Below are positions 26,780 through 39,489 of a stretch of DNA of 64,000 nucleotides, one piece after another (the stretch's first letter is position 1; each line of letters starts with the position of its first letter). The stretch is from Octopus vulgaris. Its lineage: Eukaryota. The position numbers and the translations under genes were made by a program. The notes under the pieces were generated by a model. That model saw only the letters and a program-made list of their open reading frames with translations. It searched no databases and was not told the origin of the DNA. The stretch covers positions 67,022,001 through 67,086,000 of the forward strand of contig OX597825.1 in NCBI GenBank assembly GCA_951406725.2. Reading direction: 5' to 3'.

Positions 26780-27502
26780 TGTGTGTGTGTGTGTGTGCGT
26801 GTCTGTGAGTCTGTGTTTGTACCCCCACCATCGCTTGACATCTGTACAACAGTAAACATTATTATACTCATTACTTTAAAACACAAAATTTTTGTAACTA
26901 CCTCAACTTAAATGTCAACCTACTTTAATAAACCAATACATATATATTTAATTCAATCAAAAATAATTTTAATAAAATTATCCTCTCAACTAAAGTGAGA
27001 CACATTACAATTATGTTAATTTTTGTTTATATATATTATTCAAATTTTTTTCCAGAAACAATTTCCATTACTTCTACTATGTTACGACTTATCTCATTTA
27101 AGCAACCAGAGTTACGCCCTATATATGTATTGTACGTATATATATATACTTATATATAAAAAGATATATATGCATACAAATATACATGTTTATATATATG
27201 CATATATACACATGTATACATATATATAGATATACATGTATATTTATATATATATATATATATATACATATATAAATATGTATATATATATATACAAAAT
27301 ATATACAATATATATGTATATGTACGAATATATATGTATTTCTCTATACATATATATATATATATATATTTATGTATATATATATGTATATATACATAAG
27401 TATATATACATACATATATGTATATATACATAAATATCTAGATATATATGCATATATTCATAAAAGTATAAAAACCGCTTTATTTGTGAGATGACTCAAT
27501 GT

Positions 27503-27559
<57 letters not shown>

Positions 27560-27566
<7 letters not shown>

Positions 27567-28490
27567 CTAAATAAGCAATTTACTTTCTTTCTACAATTAG
27601 AACCGAAATTTCCATCTCTACGCAAGTCTTCAACAATTGAACTATTATTATTAAGCAAATAGCTATCCTCGTCATTATTACTAAAACTTATATTTCAGTC
27701 AAAACCATAACTAACATTCTGGCTAATGGGAAAATCAATAACATTAGCATCTAAAGAATCGATCTCGTTAACACTAACTGAGTTATCACGACGTTAAGAA
27801 CCAGATAATTTCTTCTCATTAATAGAATAATCTAGGATAAATTCCGAGAAACCGAAAAAGTAACCCCTTTAGGGATCTCGGACACAAAATCTCATAGTGT
27901 CTACCATTTTTAACCAAAATGTTTCAAAAACAATTTATAAATAGCCCCAACTAATTTACTTTATAGTTGACCGGCAAAGGGAATAATATACCATATAATC
28001 TCATTCTTGTCCAAAAGTAATTAGAATGACCTAAATTATTAACCTTATAAACCTAGTTAGAATTATTATCAAGATGATAAAAACCAGATAATGAAATGTC
28101 ATTTGAATCAACGCTGAAGTGGATATATATATTTTCTGTTTTTGATAAGTTTGGCATTCTGTTAATATATTTCTATCATAATTTAATTGTTTGCCCATTT
28201 CTGGGCTATTGCAAAGGTCTTTATATTTTAGTTGGTAGAACCCATTCATTCCAATAATGAATTCCTGAAGAAAAGCATAATGTGTTTCATTTTGTTTTGA
28301 ATTAATTAGACTTGGAAACAACTTGTAGAGCTTTTATTGGGTATATACCAGCTTGGGATAAAGTAACGTCTACTCTTCTATTTTTTCCTTTTTCTAAGAT
28401 ACTTTATTTATTTATTGTACCAATATTGAATCGGCAGGCTTGGATATTTAACATCCCTTTGAATGATTTAGGTCTTTACTTCTTCTTATG
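27560..28490 (-). mobile_element. Decayed Penelope-like 3' fragment
   Basis: Remnant endonuclease-like text (TECQTYQKQKIYISTS), a decayed HHR-like motif at 27594-27639 (CAAUUG-UUGAAGA...GAAAUUUCGGUU-C-UAAUUG) and (TA)n flanks. Confidence 0.5.
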
Positions 28491-28509
28491 ATATATATAT
28501 GTATGTATG

Positions 28510-28567
<58 letters not shown>

Positions 28568-28739
28568 TGTATGTATGTATGTATGTATATATGCATGTAT
28601 GTATGTTCTATCTTTTTACTACTATTACTACCACTAGTAGTAACAAACACATTTGACCTCTGTTGATCCCATGGATATGAGGCCTTTTGTCTCCTTATCG
28701 CACAGAAATGGCCATTGCTGATCTTGCCATCATCTGCCG

Positions 28740-29062
28740 GGCGTGTGGCTTAGTGGTTAGGGCATTCGGCTCATGATCGTAAGGTTGTGAGTTCGATTCC
28801 CGGCGACGCGTTGTGTCCTTGAGCAAGACACTTTATTTCACGTTGCTCCAGTCCACTCAGCTGGCAAAAATGAGTTGTACTTGTATTTCAAAGGGTCAGC
28901 CTTGTCACTCTCTGTGTCACGCTGATTATCCCCGAGAACTACGTTCAGGGTACACGTGTCTGTGGAATGCTCAGCCATTTGCACGTTAATTTCACGAGCA
29001 AGCTGTTCCGTTGATCGTATCAGCTGGGACCCTCGTCGTCGTAACCGGCGGAGTCTTTTTAA
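28740..29062 (+). mobile_element. tRNA-derived SINE group C with 11-bp TSD
   Basis: A-box TGGCTTAGTGG, B-box GAGTTCGATTCC; TSD ATCATCTGCCG at 28729-28739 and 29063-29073. Confidence 0.9.
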
Positions 29063-29208
29063 ATCATCTGCCGAATCTATTTACAGACCTTGGAATTTAA
29101 TCTGTTCACAAGCTGGTTTTACCCTGTTCCTACTATTCTCTGAAACCATCACGTATTTATGATTATCTCAAGTACAAGACAAAAATATTATTAAAAAACA
29201 TTTAATAA

Positions 29209-29618
29209 TAGGCGCAGGAGTGGCTGTCTGGTAAGTAGCTTATTTACCAACCACACGGTTCCGGGTTCAGTCCCACTGCGTGGCACCTTGGGCAAGTGTC
29301 TTCTACTATAGCCTCGGGCCGACCAAAGCCTTGTGAGTGGATTTGGTAGACGGAAACTGAAAGAAGCCCGTCGTATATATGTATATGTATATATGCGTGT
29401 GTGTGTTTGTGTGTCTGTGTTTGTCCGCCAAGCATTGCTTGACAACCGATGCTGGTGTGTATATGTCCCCGTTACTTAGCGGTTCGGCAAAAGAGACCGA
29501 TAGAATAAGTACTGGGCTTACAAAAGAATAAGACCTGGGGTCGAGTTGCTCGATTAAAGGCGGTGCTGCAGCATGACCACAGTCATATGACTGAAACAAG
29601 TAAAAGAGTAAAAGAGTA
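29209..29618 (+). mobile_element. tRNA-derived SINE group B with internal microsatellite and (AAAGAGT)n tail
   Basis: Head AGGCGCAGGAGTGGCTG..TGGTAAG, B-box GGGTTCAGTCCC, internal (TA)/(TG) tract, tail GTAAAAGAGTAAAAGAGT. Other copies: ~10505-10962 (+), ~25290-25500 (-), ~51275-51445 and 51857-52020 (-). Confidence 0.88.
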
Positions 29619-30446
29619 AATACCTTTTAAATTATAAATGAAAATAGTAATAACGTTGGTAATAATAGTGATAATAATAATAATGAAAATAATAATAATT
29701 TAGCCAAAACTCATGTCAGATCAGAGGAAATATTAACAATGACAAATAGTAAAATAATGAAAATAATAATATCACTGATAATAATAAAAATGAGAGGAAG
29801 CGGTTGGAATTTCCTTATGCTCTGATTGTTTATACATCTTGTGATAGCGTCACAATAAAAACACAGGCAATTGCGCAACCTGATAATCGCTACCTCATAT
29901 AAGTGACAATGAAAAACAAAATATTGTGAAGAACGGTGGTAATAAAACTTAAACCATTGATCGTTAGAGTGTTGCACCCGGCAGGCTCAGAAATACTGTT
30001 TTGACTCCAGCCTGTCGTTGTCCAGCAAGGAACCAGCACATAGACCTTGAAGCTATCAAAAGACGGTTAATGGAAAACAGCAGCAGAAGAAATGATGAAA
30101 ATACAGTCCCTACTGATTAACGTGATCTCATAGCAAAAATCAGAGGTGTAATCTCTAATAAACCACAGGAAAGGAACAGTGGTAGGTTGCTGGATGAGAG
30201 ATATATAGATTGTTTTGAAATAGATAATAAAACTAATGGTGACATGACAGATGGGCTAAAGGCGATCTATGACAGAATAAAGGCAAGGCTATCTGGTACT
30301 TATTCTATCGACCCAGAAAGAACGAAAGGTAATTTCAACCTCAGAGGAATTCGAACTGAGACTTAGCGACAAATAAAATGCATTTTCTCTTAACGAATCT
30401 ACCAGCTGGCTGCAGCAACAACAACCACAATAATAATAATAATAAT

Positions 30447-30666
30447 GTGGCCATGCTGGAGCACCGCCTTTTAGTCGAGCAAATCGACCCCAGGACTTAT
30501 TCTTTGTAAGCCTAGTACTTATTTTATCGGTCTCTTTTACCGAACCGCTAAGTACTAGGCTTACAAAGAATAAGTCCTGGGGTCGATTTGCTCGACTAAA
30601 AGGCGGTGCTCTAGCATGGCCACAGTCAAATGACTGAACAAGTAAAAGAGTAAAGAGGAAAGAGTA
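30447..30666 (+). mobile_element. SINE group B 3' portion with 5' inverted duplication
   Basis: 30447-30520 is the reverse complement of 30551-30623, followed by the normal tail. Confidence 0.85.
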
Positions 30667-31399
30667 TTTGATTTTGTGGGATAGTAATAGTGATTATATC
30701 GTTGCAGTTTCCGATCGATACTTATTTTATCGATTTACACGACGAACGTCAAAGCTGAGAAGAATTCGAAATCAGAACTTAAAGAAGTTTAACGATATAC
30801 CGTATTATATTTTAAGTGTTGACCTGTTCATTCTGCATATCATTGGCACAGATAATTGAATATTTTCTGTGTTGATCTTCCGTCTTTGGAGCTCATATTA
30901 TAACAGTAGTCAAGAAACTTATCTCTCAGTGTGCACAAAGTTATAAATGTTAATACGAAGATAATCATTATGCATGACTATAATAAAATGTATTTGACAT
31001 ACGTGTGTTTTTATATAACATATCTTTTCACGGTGTCAGCTCCGCGTTGATGTTAGCATATACGCGCAAGTTGAAGAAAATGGGTTTACCGTCAATGTAT
31101 ATAATACCTGTTGGGATACAGATATCGGCATCGAAGATATGGATTATCAGCAAAGATATTTACTTCACCTGATGCCAGAATTAGATTGTTGATCTGTATT
31201 CTCTGTCAAAAGTCGAGTGTCGATTACTTACATTCTGTGTAAAAGCCCTGGGCATGATAAAAATACTTAAAGACGTAAAGTTAGAAAATGCGAGATATGA
31301 GCATCTTATGAGAGAAAATTATTAATTTATTTTTCTCTCTCATTCTATTTACACACACACACACACACACACACATATATGTATATATGTATGTAAGTA

Positions 31400-31451
<52 letters not shown>

Positions 31452-31615
31452 GTGTTTGTGTGTGTAAACATATGTGTATATATGTGTGTGTGCCTGTGTG
31501 TGTATGTCTGTGCATGTGTACTTATATGTATGTATGTTTGTTTGCATGTATGTATGTATGTATGTATGCATATTTTTCCCAACTTCACAGTACTCAAATT
31601 TGGTGATATGTAGTA

Positions 31616-31656
<41 letters not shown>

Positions 31657-31790
31657 TTCTCTCTCTCTCTACACACACACATATATATTTATATATGTTT
31701 ATATGTGTGTATATATATTTGTGTGTTGTGTATATATGTATATATATGTATATATATATGTACATGTATATATATGTATATGTATGTATA

Positions 31791-31831
<41 letters not shown>

Positions 31832-32169
31832 ACGTACATATACATATACTTCATTTGGGGTGGCCAAAGCTACAAATAGATTCCTGTAAAGAGACATCTT
31901 TCAACAGTTTGTAAGCGTGCCATATATGCCATATTGGGACTTTGTTATGTGACTCCATTTCGGATGAGAATACACGAAGCTACACTAGACTGCACATGAT
32001 TTTGAGATAAATAAATAAACAAAAAGAAATTATTTCTCCTATCCGCTGTTGAGCACTCATTCTCAATGTTCGATATTGTTGAAAAAATACTTCCGTCGTT
32101 CTTAAATAACGGATGAACGCTAAAAAAGGAACATAGAATAAAAAAAAATACATGGAAAAATATAAAGTA

Positions 32170-32420
32170 CAAGCATCACTGAAGAATATATTCTACCTCC
32201 AATGAAATCATCTCATCAATAAAACAGATGGCCTAAAGAAAAGTCCTATATTTTCGATAAATACATGACCAGCCCTCGTTCCAAAGACCATTATCGATTT
32301 AGTTCTTTCAAAAACACACCACATATTAAAGACCTAGATAGATTTCAAGATAGCTACATAAAACTTGTTAAGAATGTGAACTTCAACGATAGATCTAAGA
32401 GATTCGAAGCAAACTAGGGA
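32170..32420 (+). mobile_element. Penelope-like N-terminal ORF fragment
   Basis: Translates with breaks as SLKNI...KDHYRFSSFKNTPHIKDLDRFQDSYIKLVKNVNF, resembling the PLE N-terminal pattern. Confidence 0.5.
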
Positions 32421-32708
32421 TATTCCCTAATTCTTTGACGATTGAACTTATAAATTATTGATATATTTATTTTGGATATTTCTTAATTATTCCTCTTTGC
32501 AGATAGAATAGTTGTCTTATACAGAAAGCTTTGTTCAATGACGTATGCACTATATGCACAGATATTCTTGAAACAGATATAAGAAATTATAAGTATTATT
32601 TCTTAATCTCTTCTTTACTCTAATAGCTCAGAAATTACGTTTGAATTATAAATTATGTACTCTAAAGTGATATTACATGTTTATATTTCATATATGCATA
32701 CATACGTA

Positions 32709-32754
<46 letters not shown>

Positions 32755-32803
32755 TACATACACATATATACATACACACACACATATATATATATATATA
32801 AAT

Positions 32804-33140
32804 GTGAAGGCGCATGCCTCAGTGGTTAGAGTGTCGAGCTTACAACTATGAGGTTGTGAGTTCGAATCCCAGACCGGACTGTCTGTTGTGTTCTTGAGAA
32901 AGACACTTTATTTCACGTTGTTCCAGTTCACTCAGCTGTAGAAATGAGTTGCGAAGTCACAGGTGCCAAGCTGTATCGGCCTTTGCCTTTCCCTTAGATA
33001 ACACTGGTGGTATGGAGAGGGGAGGTCGGTATGCATGGGCGACTGCTGGTTTTCCATAAACAACCTTGCCTGGACTTGTGCCTGGGAGGATAACTTTCTA
33101 GGTGCAATCCTATGGTCATTCATGACCGAAGGCGGTCCCT
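32804..33140 (+). mobile_element. SINE group C
   Basis: Head GGCGCATGCCTCAGTGGTTAG...GAGTTCGAATCCC. Confidence 0.88.
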
Positions 33141-33804
33141 ACATATATATAAATGTAATTTAGTTTCAGTTTTATTAGGTATTTAAATTGAGGCACGTTA
33201 TTAGGAGGAACTAATTCGCCCATTCAGAAAATATTAGGTGAGTATCAAACTTTATGCAGAATCCCAATCACCAGTAATATTCTTCCAGGGTATGCAGATA
33301 GCACAATCTAACTTAGTGAATAAATCCTGTCCTGTTTGTTCAGACATGTACTTTATATAAAGATATTTTCCATATTTCCCAAGTCAAAAATCCAAGGTAA
33401 AATATAAATGAGTAACATTCATTACGGCCGTTTAAAACGATTCCTTTAATTTATCAGTAAAAGCATTGCAACATTATAAAGAAACCGTTCTCATCAGATG
33501 ACTGCATAGACTTCAATTTTAAAGGACAAGTTATATATTCAAACATACTCATATCTTCAATAGGGAGCAAATATTTTACACTGATTCCGCTGCTAATTTT
33601 TTGGCAGATTCTGTGTGTGTGTGTGTGTGTATGTGTGTACAGTTGTGTATCTTTGTGTCAGTTTTTTCCCCTACACCAGCTCACTGTGTTTAAGTCTCTG
33701 TGAATTTTCACCTCATCAAATTACCAGGCTTCAGAAATTTAATTCTCACGTAAATACATTAGACTAAAAATTCAACGCAGTGCCCCAGATAAAAGTCAAA
33801 AACA

Positions 33805-33866
<62 letters not shown>

Positions 33867-33873
<7 letters not shown>

Positions 33874-34786
33874 AATAAATAAATAAAACATATGCATATA
33901 TACATATATGTACGTACCTACCTCTACATGTATATATACATGCATATATGGGTACAGGACACCCAAAAAAACGTCGAACACAATGAGAAACGAAAACATA
34001 AACACAAAAACAACGAAAAAATAGCGTACAGGACATACAAAACAAGGAAAATTCCCCTTCTTCAGTCGCCTTAGATTCATCTACTCCACGTTTCGAAGGT
34101 CAAGGCGATACATGACTTCAATGAAAATTTCCTTCCCGCGAAAATCAATTTAAATAAAATTTGAGATTTTTTTGCGGAGGGGTTAAAATGGTAACAAAAA
34201 CAGGACAGCAATGACAATACAAAATATAAACAGTAAAGGACAGGACGCAGAGAATAACAGTAACACAAACAAGAAGGGCTGTTAAGCCAAACGAGATAAA
34301 CATTTTTTTTTTACGAAGGCTATTTTTTGAGACAGCAAGGAGCAACAAATTTACCGTCTCTACTTGGAGGAAGCCAGGAGAAGAAAGACAGAGATAACCA
34401 TCTCATCACGTGACTGCGAGGGGAGGGAGGAGGTGGAGTAAGAGAAAGGGAGAGAAAAAAAGGGGAATGGTTGTAGAGAAAAGAGTGAAGAATGAGAGAG
34501 AGAGAGAGGGAGAGGCAGTAAGATAGAAGAAAAGGAAAGCCAAAAGAATGAAGGCTGAGAAAGGGAGGGGGAGAGAGAAAGGTTAAGAGTGAGCATCATT
34601 ATTAATATTAAGAACAACCTTACTTAGAAATGGATGCGTGAGTTCCGTCATATAATAAATAAATAAATAAAACATATGCATATATACATACATATATGTA
34701 CGTACCTACCTCTGCATGTATATATATATGCATATATGGGTATAGGATACCAAAAAAAACGTCGAACACAATGAGAAAGGAAAACA
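33867..34786 (-). mobile_element. Non-coding ~784-bp unit plus part of a second tandem unit, carrying the permuted hammerhead (putative non-autonomous PLE / retrozyme-like element)
   Basis: 33867-33998 is repeated at 34651-34786. The unit has a CT-rich stretch, no real ORF, and ends at (TA)n. Confidence 0.55.
34052..34115 (-). ncRNA. Candidate non-circularly permuted hammerhead ribozyme, copy 2 (different sequence family)
   Basis: Minus strand reads UCAUGU-A-UCGCCUU ga CCUUC-GAAA-CGUGGA guagaugaaucu AAGGCGA-CUGAAGA-AGGGGAA. Stem III is CAUGU/ACGUG, stem I is UCGCCUU/AAGGCGA, and stem II is weak (GGGG/CUUC or GAA/UUC). The cleavage triplet is GUA. Confidence 0.68.
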
Positions 34787-34836
34787 CAGTCGCATCTCGG
34801 TTTTCGAACAACTCTGATCACGAATAAATCTTGCTT

Positions 34837-34891
<55 letters not shown>

Positions 34892-34938
34892 CACGATGTA
34901 TTCGACATCAGAGTTGTTCGAAAACCGAGATGCTACTG
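34787..34938. mobile_element. Small pogo/Tc1-type MITE whose spacer is a (TA)n tract
   Basis: CAGTCGCATCTCGGTTTTCGAACAACTCTGAT... / ...ATCAGAGTTGTTCGAAAACCGAGATGCTACTG, imperfect arms of ~50 bp. Confidence 0.7.
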
Positions 34939-35076
34939 TATATATATATATATATAAGTATGTATATATGTAAGTATGTATGTATGTATGTATGTATGTA
35001 TGTATGTATGTATGTATGTATGTATGTATGTATGTATGTACGTATGTATGTATATTCATATATCTACATATGCGTA

Positions 35077-35138
<62 letters not shown>

Positions 35139-37338
35139 CAAACATATACACATATATGTATGTATATGCATGCATATATATATATATAGGCATATATATA
35201 TATATATACAAACATATGCACATATATGTATGTATGTATAGATAGATAGATAGATAGATAGCTATACACACAAACGGACAGACAGATAGAATAGATAGAT
35301 AGATATTACAAGTGCTATAAAAAGGGACGGATATGGCTGTTACATAACGAATACAGTCATGCAATGGTTTATGAGCATCTGCGAATAGATAGGTAGTTGT
35401 CGATGCTTTCTGTATTACATATTTATTCATATCCTCCTTATGAGTGATTATTACTTCATAGATTTTGTGAGATTATTATTAACGTTCTGCGCACGCCTCT
35501 CCATATATTCTTGCAATACTTCTGTGTATATGCATGCATACGTATACTCGTAACTGTTGGTATTTCAAGCGAAGCTCTTATTCAGTCGGTCATATATGTG
35601 CACGCGTGTGTGTATGTATTTGTATGTGTGTGTATGCGTATGTATGTGTATGTGTTTGTGTGTGTATGTGTGCGTATGTATGTTTGTGTGTAGGTAGTGT
35701 TGTAGATAAAATAACAAATACGCGGTAGAGACAGACAATAAGACAACGTGTGAGGTTACGTTACGTATGTGCTCCAATACTTGCTAATTAGAAATAAGAA
35801 GGCGCTTGGCTTGATGGTTGTGGTATTGGCCTCGCGCTGAATCACCCCAAGAAATACGTTAATGTACCAGTTGAGCACTGCTGTCGATATAATCGACTTA
35901 CCCACTCTCTCTAATTTGCTGGCTTTGCCCCAAAATGTGAAAATAATATTAAAGAATGAGAAACGTTGTTGTCCAATTGCTCTCTATTTAACAGTGTAAG
36001 GGGTGTTGTATGAAAATGATGACATGCCTTAAGACTGTTTCATGTATGTGGTAAATTTCATTAATCTATTTAAATAATTTATGCTGGCAGAGACTGCTAA
36101 AATCTTTAAGTAGAACCCAAACTAATTTCAGTAATCAAAGTTACGTGAAAGTGGTTTAGTCTTTAAACAAATTATCTTGTGAAATCTAAAGAACTGAATA
36201 AAATTTAGTGGAGAATATCCATATTAATTTTATGATGAAGTTCAGGGTTTGTGGGAGAGATATGAGACTAAGGCGCTGTTTACACGAGGTTATAATTTCG
36301 TTACGCTTATAACGAGAAGATTTCCATAGCAAATAAAGTAGCTAAGCTTTCTAAGGAGCATAAAATTCCATATCTCTTATGATCGGAACAGGACTGATCC
36401 TGAATGTTATTTTCCATTTCATTATGTAGTAAATATTATTTCACTCTCTGTATAAATCTCTTCTGAATGGAAGAATTTATAGATTACTTTCTGAAGTAAT
36501 TTACTTGGAAAATAGCAATTACTTCACTTCATCTGATAACCCAATTTTTTTCGAACTTTTATTCCATCAATATCGCCCCAGTATTCAGTATTCATTAACT
36601 ACAAACTTTCAAAATGTGGCAGTTTGTTTGGCGGAATAAAGGCTTAGCGACATTTCTTCTTGCTCCTTGTGATCTCAAATCCCGTCGAGGTTAACTTTGC
36701 ATTTCTTCCTTCCAGGGCAATAAAATCCAGTACTCATGAAGAACTGAGGTGGATGTAATCGACCTTGTTCTCTAAACTGTAACTGCTGGCCTTGTGCCAA
36801 AATTTGAAACAATTATTAACTCACGGACACACTTATTATAGACTCAATTTGAGTATATGCAATTTTAAATGAATGCTAATGTTAGATGCTCTTTTCCTGA
36901 TCGTTAATACAAAACAAATATTCTCTCCTTTTTTCGGCTAACCTTACGTTTTCAATATTCTGTATCGCTCTCGTGTATTAAACATCTGACATCCAGACAA
37001 AGATTCCATACTCTTCTAGTTTTACGATGACAATACTTACCCACACCAGTTCAAGTATATTTATGTATACATTACATTTTATTTTCATATCATAGTTTGA
37101 TAAGTCAGCCTCAGTGAAATTTCGAATTAAAAGTAAACTATTTATAAATATTTTATTTTGCTGCGCATCGTGTAGTGAGTTCCACCGTCATTTATATTAT
37201 TGTCTTACGGTTACTGAGATTACAATGGTATATATATATATGTACACACAAACATGATTACATACGAATGTATATATGTGTGTGAATATATACATACACA
37301 GATATACATGTATATATATATATATGTATATATACATA

Positions 37339-37436
<98 letters not shown>

Positions 37437-37457
37437 GTATATATATGTATATATATA

Positions 37458-37520
<63 letters not shown>

Positions 37521-37542
37521 CGTATATATATGTATATATATA

Positions 37543-37619
<77 letters not shown>

Positions 37620-37622
<3 letters not shown>

Positions 37623-37915
37623 TCTTCCTTCTCGAGCCATTCCTGGCTCAAAAGAGCCGGTTTCCCGGCTTCTTTGGCGTATAGGTTGCCCGCGTGGACG
37701 GGACGCCGTTCCGTCGCAGGTGACCTGCAAGATGCAGGGGGAAAGAGTGAAAGAAAGTTTTGGCGAAAGAGTCAGCAGAAGTTCGTCATTACCTTCTGCC
37801 GGAGCCGCGTGGAGCTTAGGTGTTTCGCTCATAAACACACATCTCCCGTTCTGTTTTTCGAACCCGCGATCCCTCGACTGCGAGTCCGCTGCTCTAAGCA
37901 CCAGGCCATGTGCCC
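37620..37915 (-). mobile_element. SINE group C variant
   Basis: Minus-strand head GGCACATGGCCTGGTGCTTAG...GGGTTCGAA; body CACCTAAGCTCCACGCGGCTCCGGC shared with 62678. Confidence 0.8.
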
Positions 37916-37974
37916 CCACGTGTATGTATATATATATATATATATATATATACATTGGCATATATACATATGTA

Positions 37975-38008
<34 letters not shown>

Positions 38009-38791
38009 ACCAAAAATACAAACTTATAAATATACACATACATATATGTATAAAAAATTCCATGTTTATATATAGATATATATACGCCCGTGTTATATGT
38101 GCATACGTACGCGTGTATTCGTGTGTCTATGCATGTGTGCATGTAAAGATATAACGTGAGGTGAGAGAGACACGTAGTTCTATCATTATATTAATGTATG
38201 TATGGACTTGTGATTCATACGTATATCTATGCAGTTTGATAGAAGTAAATAAGTACTCCAGAAATTTTTATTATCAAATTACATTAGCTGTAACTGTCTT
38301 GCGGTTTGTGTCTCTGTTTTACTTTTTCTCAAGTTACTTGGAATAATTACGGTGCATTCAAATGTATTATTTTGCAGTTTTTTTCAGGCAACTGTCCGGT
38401 ACTAGGTCGACTTCGTATCTGATTCCACTAAATTATACATGTTCATTAAATAATTACCTACTCGTATAAATGTGATTTTTCTCTTTAATGTATATTATAG
38501 TGTGCATTAATAGTGTGCCTAAACGAGAAAACATAGGAGAACTGAAGGATTTGTTCCTTTTTTTTAATTTTCTTAATACTCTTTGTAGATTTTTTTTCTG
38601 ATTGTAAGAGACGTTTTCGCTTTCGGTATTCTGTTTGTTTCATAAACATAAAAAGAGAATAGATATATGTATGTGGGTAAGTATGTATATGTGAGATTGG
38701 GTGTGGAGACCGATATGAAAAATAAACTTTAAAAACAAACATATCATTCTTTGAAAGTAGATATTTTTTACACGAAGACACACACATATAC

Positions 38792-38845
<54 letters not shown>

Positions 38846-38934
38846 GTAGATATATATATATATACTTATATGTATATATATATATATGTATGTATGGATA
38901 GATAGATAGATAGATGTGTGTGTATGTGTGTGTG

Positions 38935-38978
<44 letters not shown>

Positions 38979-39489
38979 CATATATTCATACACACATGAA
39001 AGTAAAAGAGAGACGCGCACACATTATCACATCATATGCATGCACCAATATGGATGTGCGCATATGAAGTTGAATGTAGGTGTGTGCATATCTAGACACG
39101 TATAAGAATATATAGTGAATATACTGATGAAAAGTAATGAAAATTTCTACAAAGTACTTGAAGATGTATTCCTTTTTGATCTGTAATTAACCGACATTGA
39201 CTGAAATTTATGTGTTCTTGTTGTTTCGCCAGTATCAAAATCGTTTACGCATCTTGTACACTTGTACACTTCTGTTTGGTGGAAATGTATAGTTCATATT
39301 TCTTAAGCAAATTTCGACACCAGCAAGTCTATAAATAACACCATAACTATCCACTTTGTAGTGTTATATATTCGCCAGTTGTGATAGTAACTGCTGCGTG
39401 TGCGCGCGCTTGTGTGCATGTGTTTGTTGATAGATATAGCCATAGACATTTAAATATATTCATACATTTGTAGAAATATATATATATGT

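Noticed and set aside
28740-28810. tRNA genes at SINE heads (also 32804, 47515, 62678)
   Set aside because: A and B boxes are present, but there is no complete cloverleaf, and each continues into a SINE body, two with TSDs.
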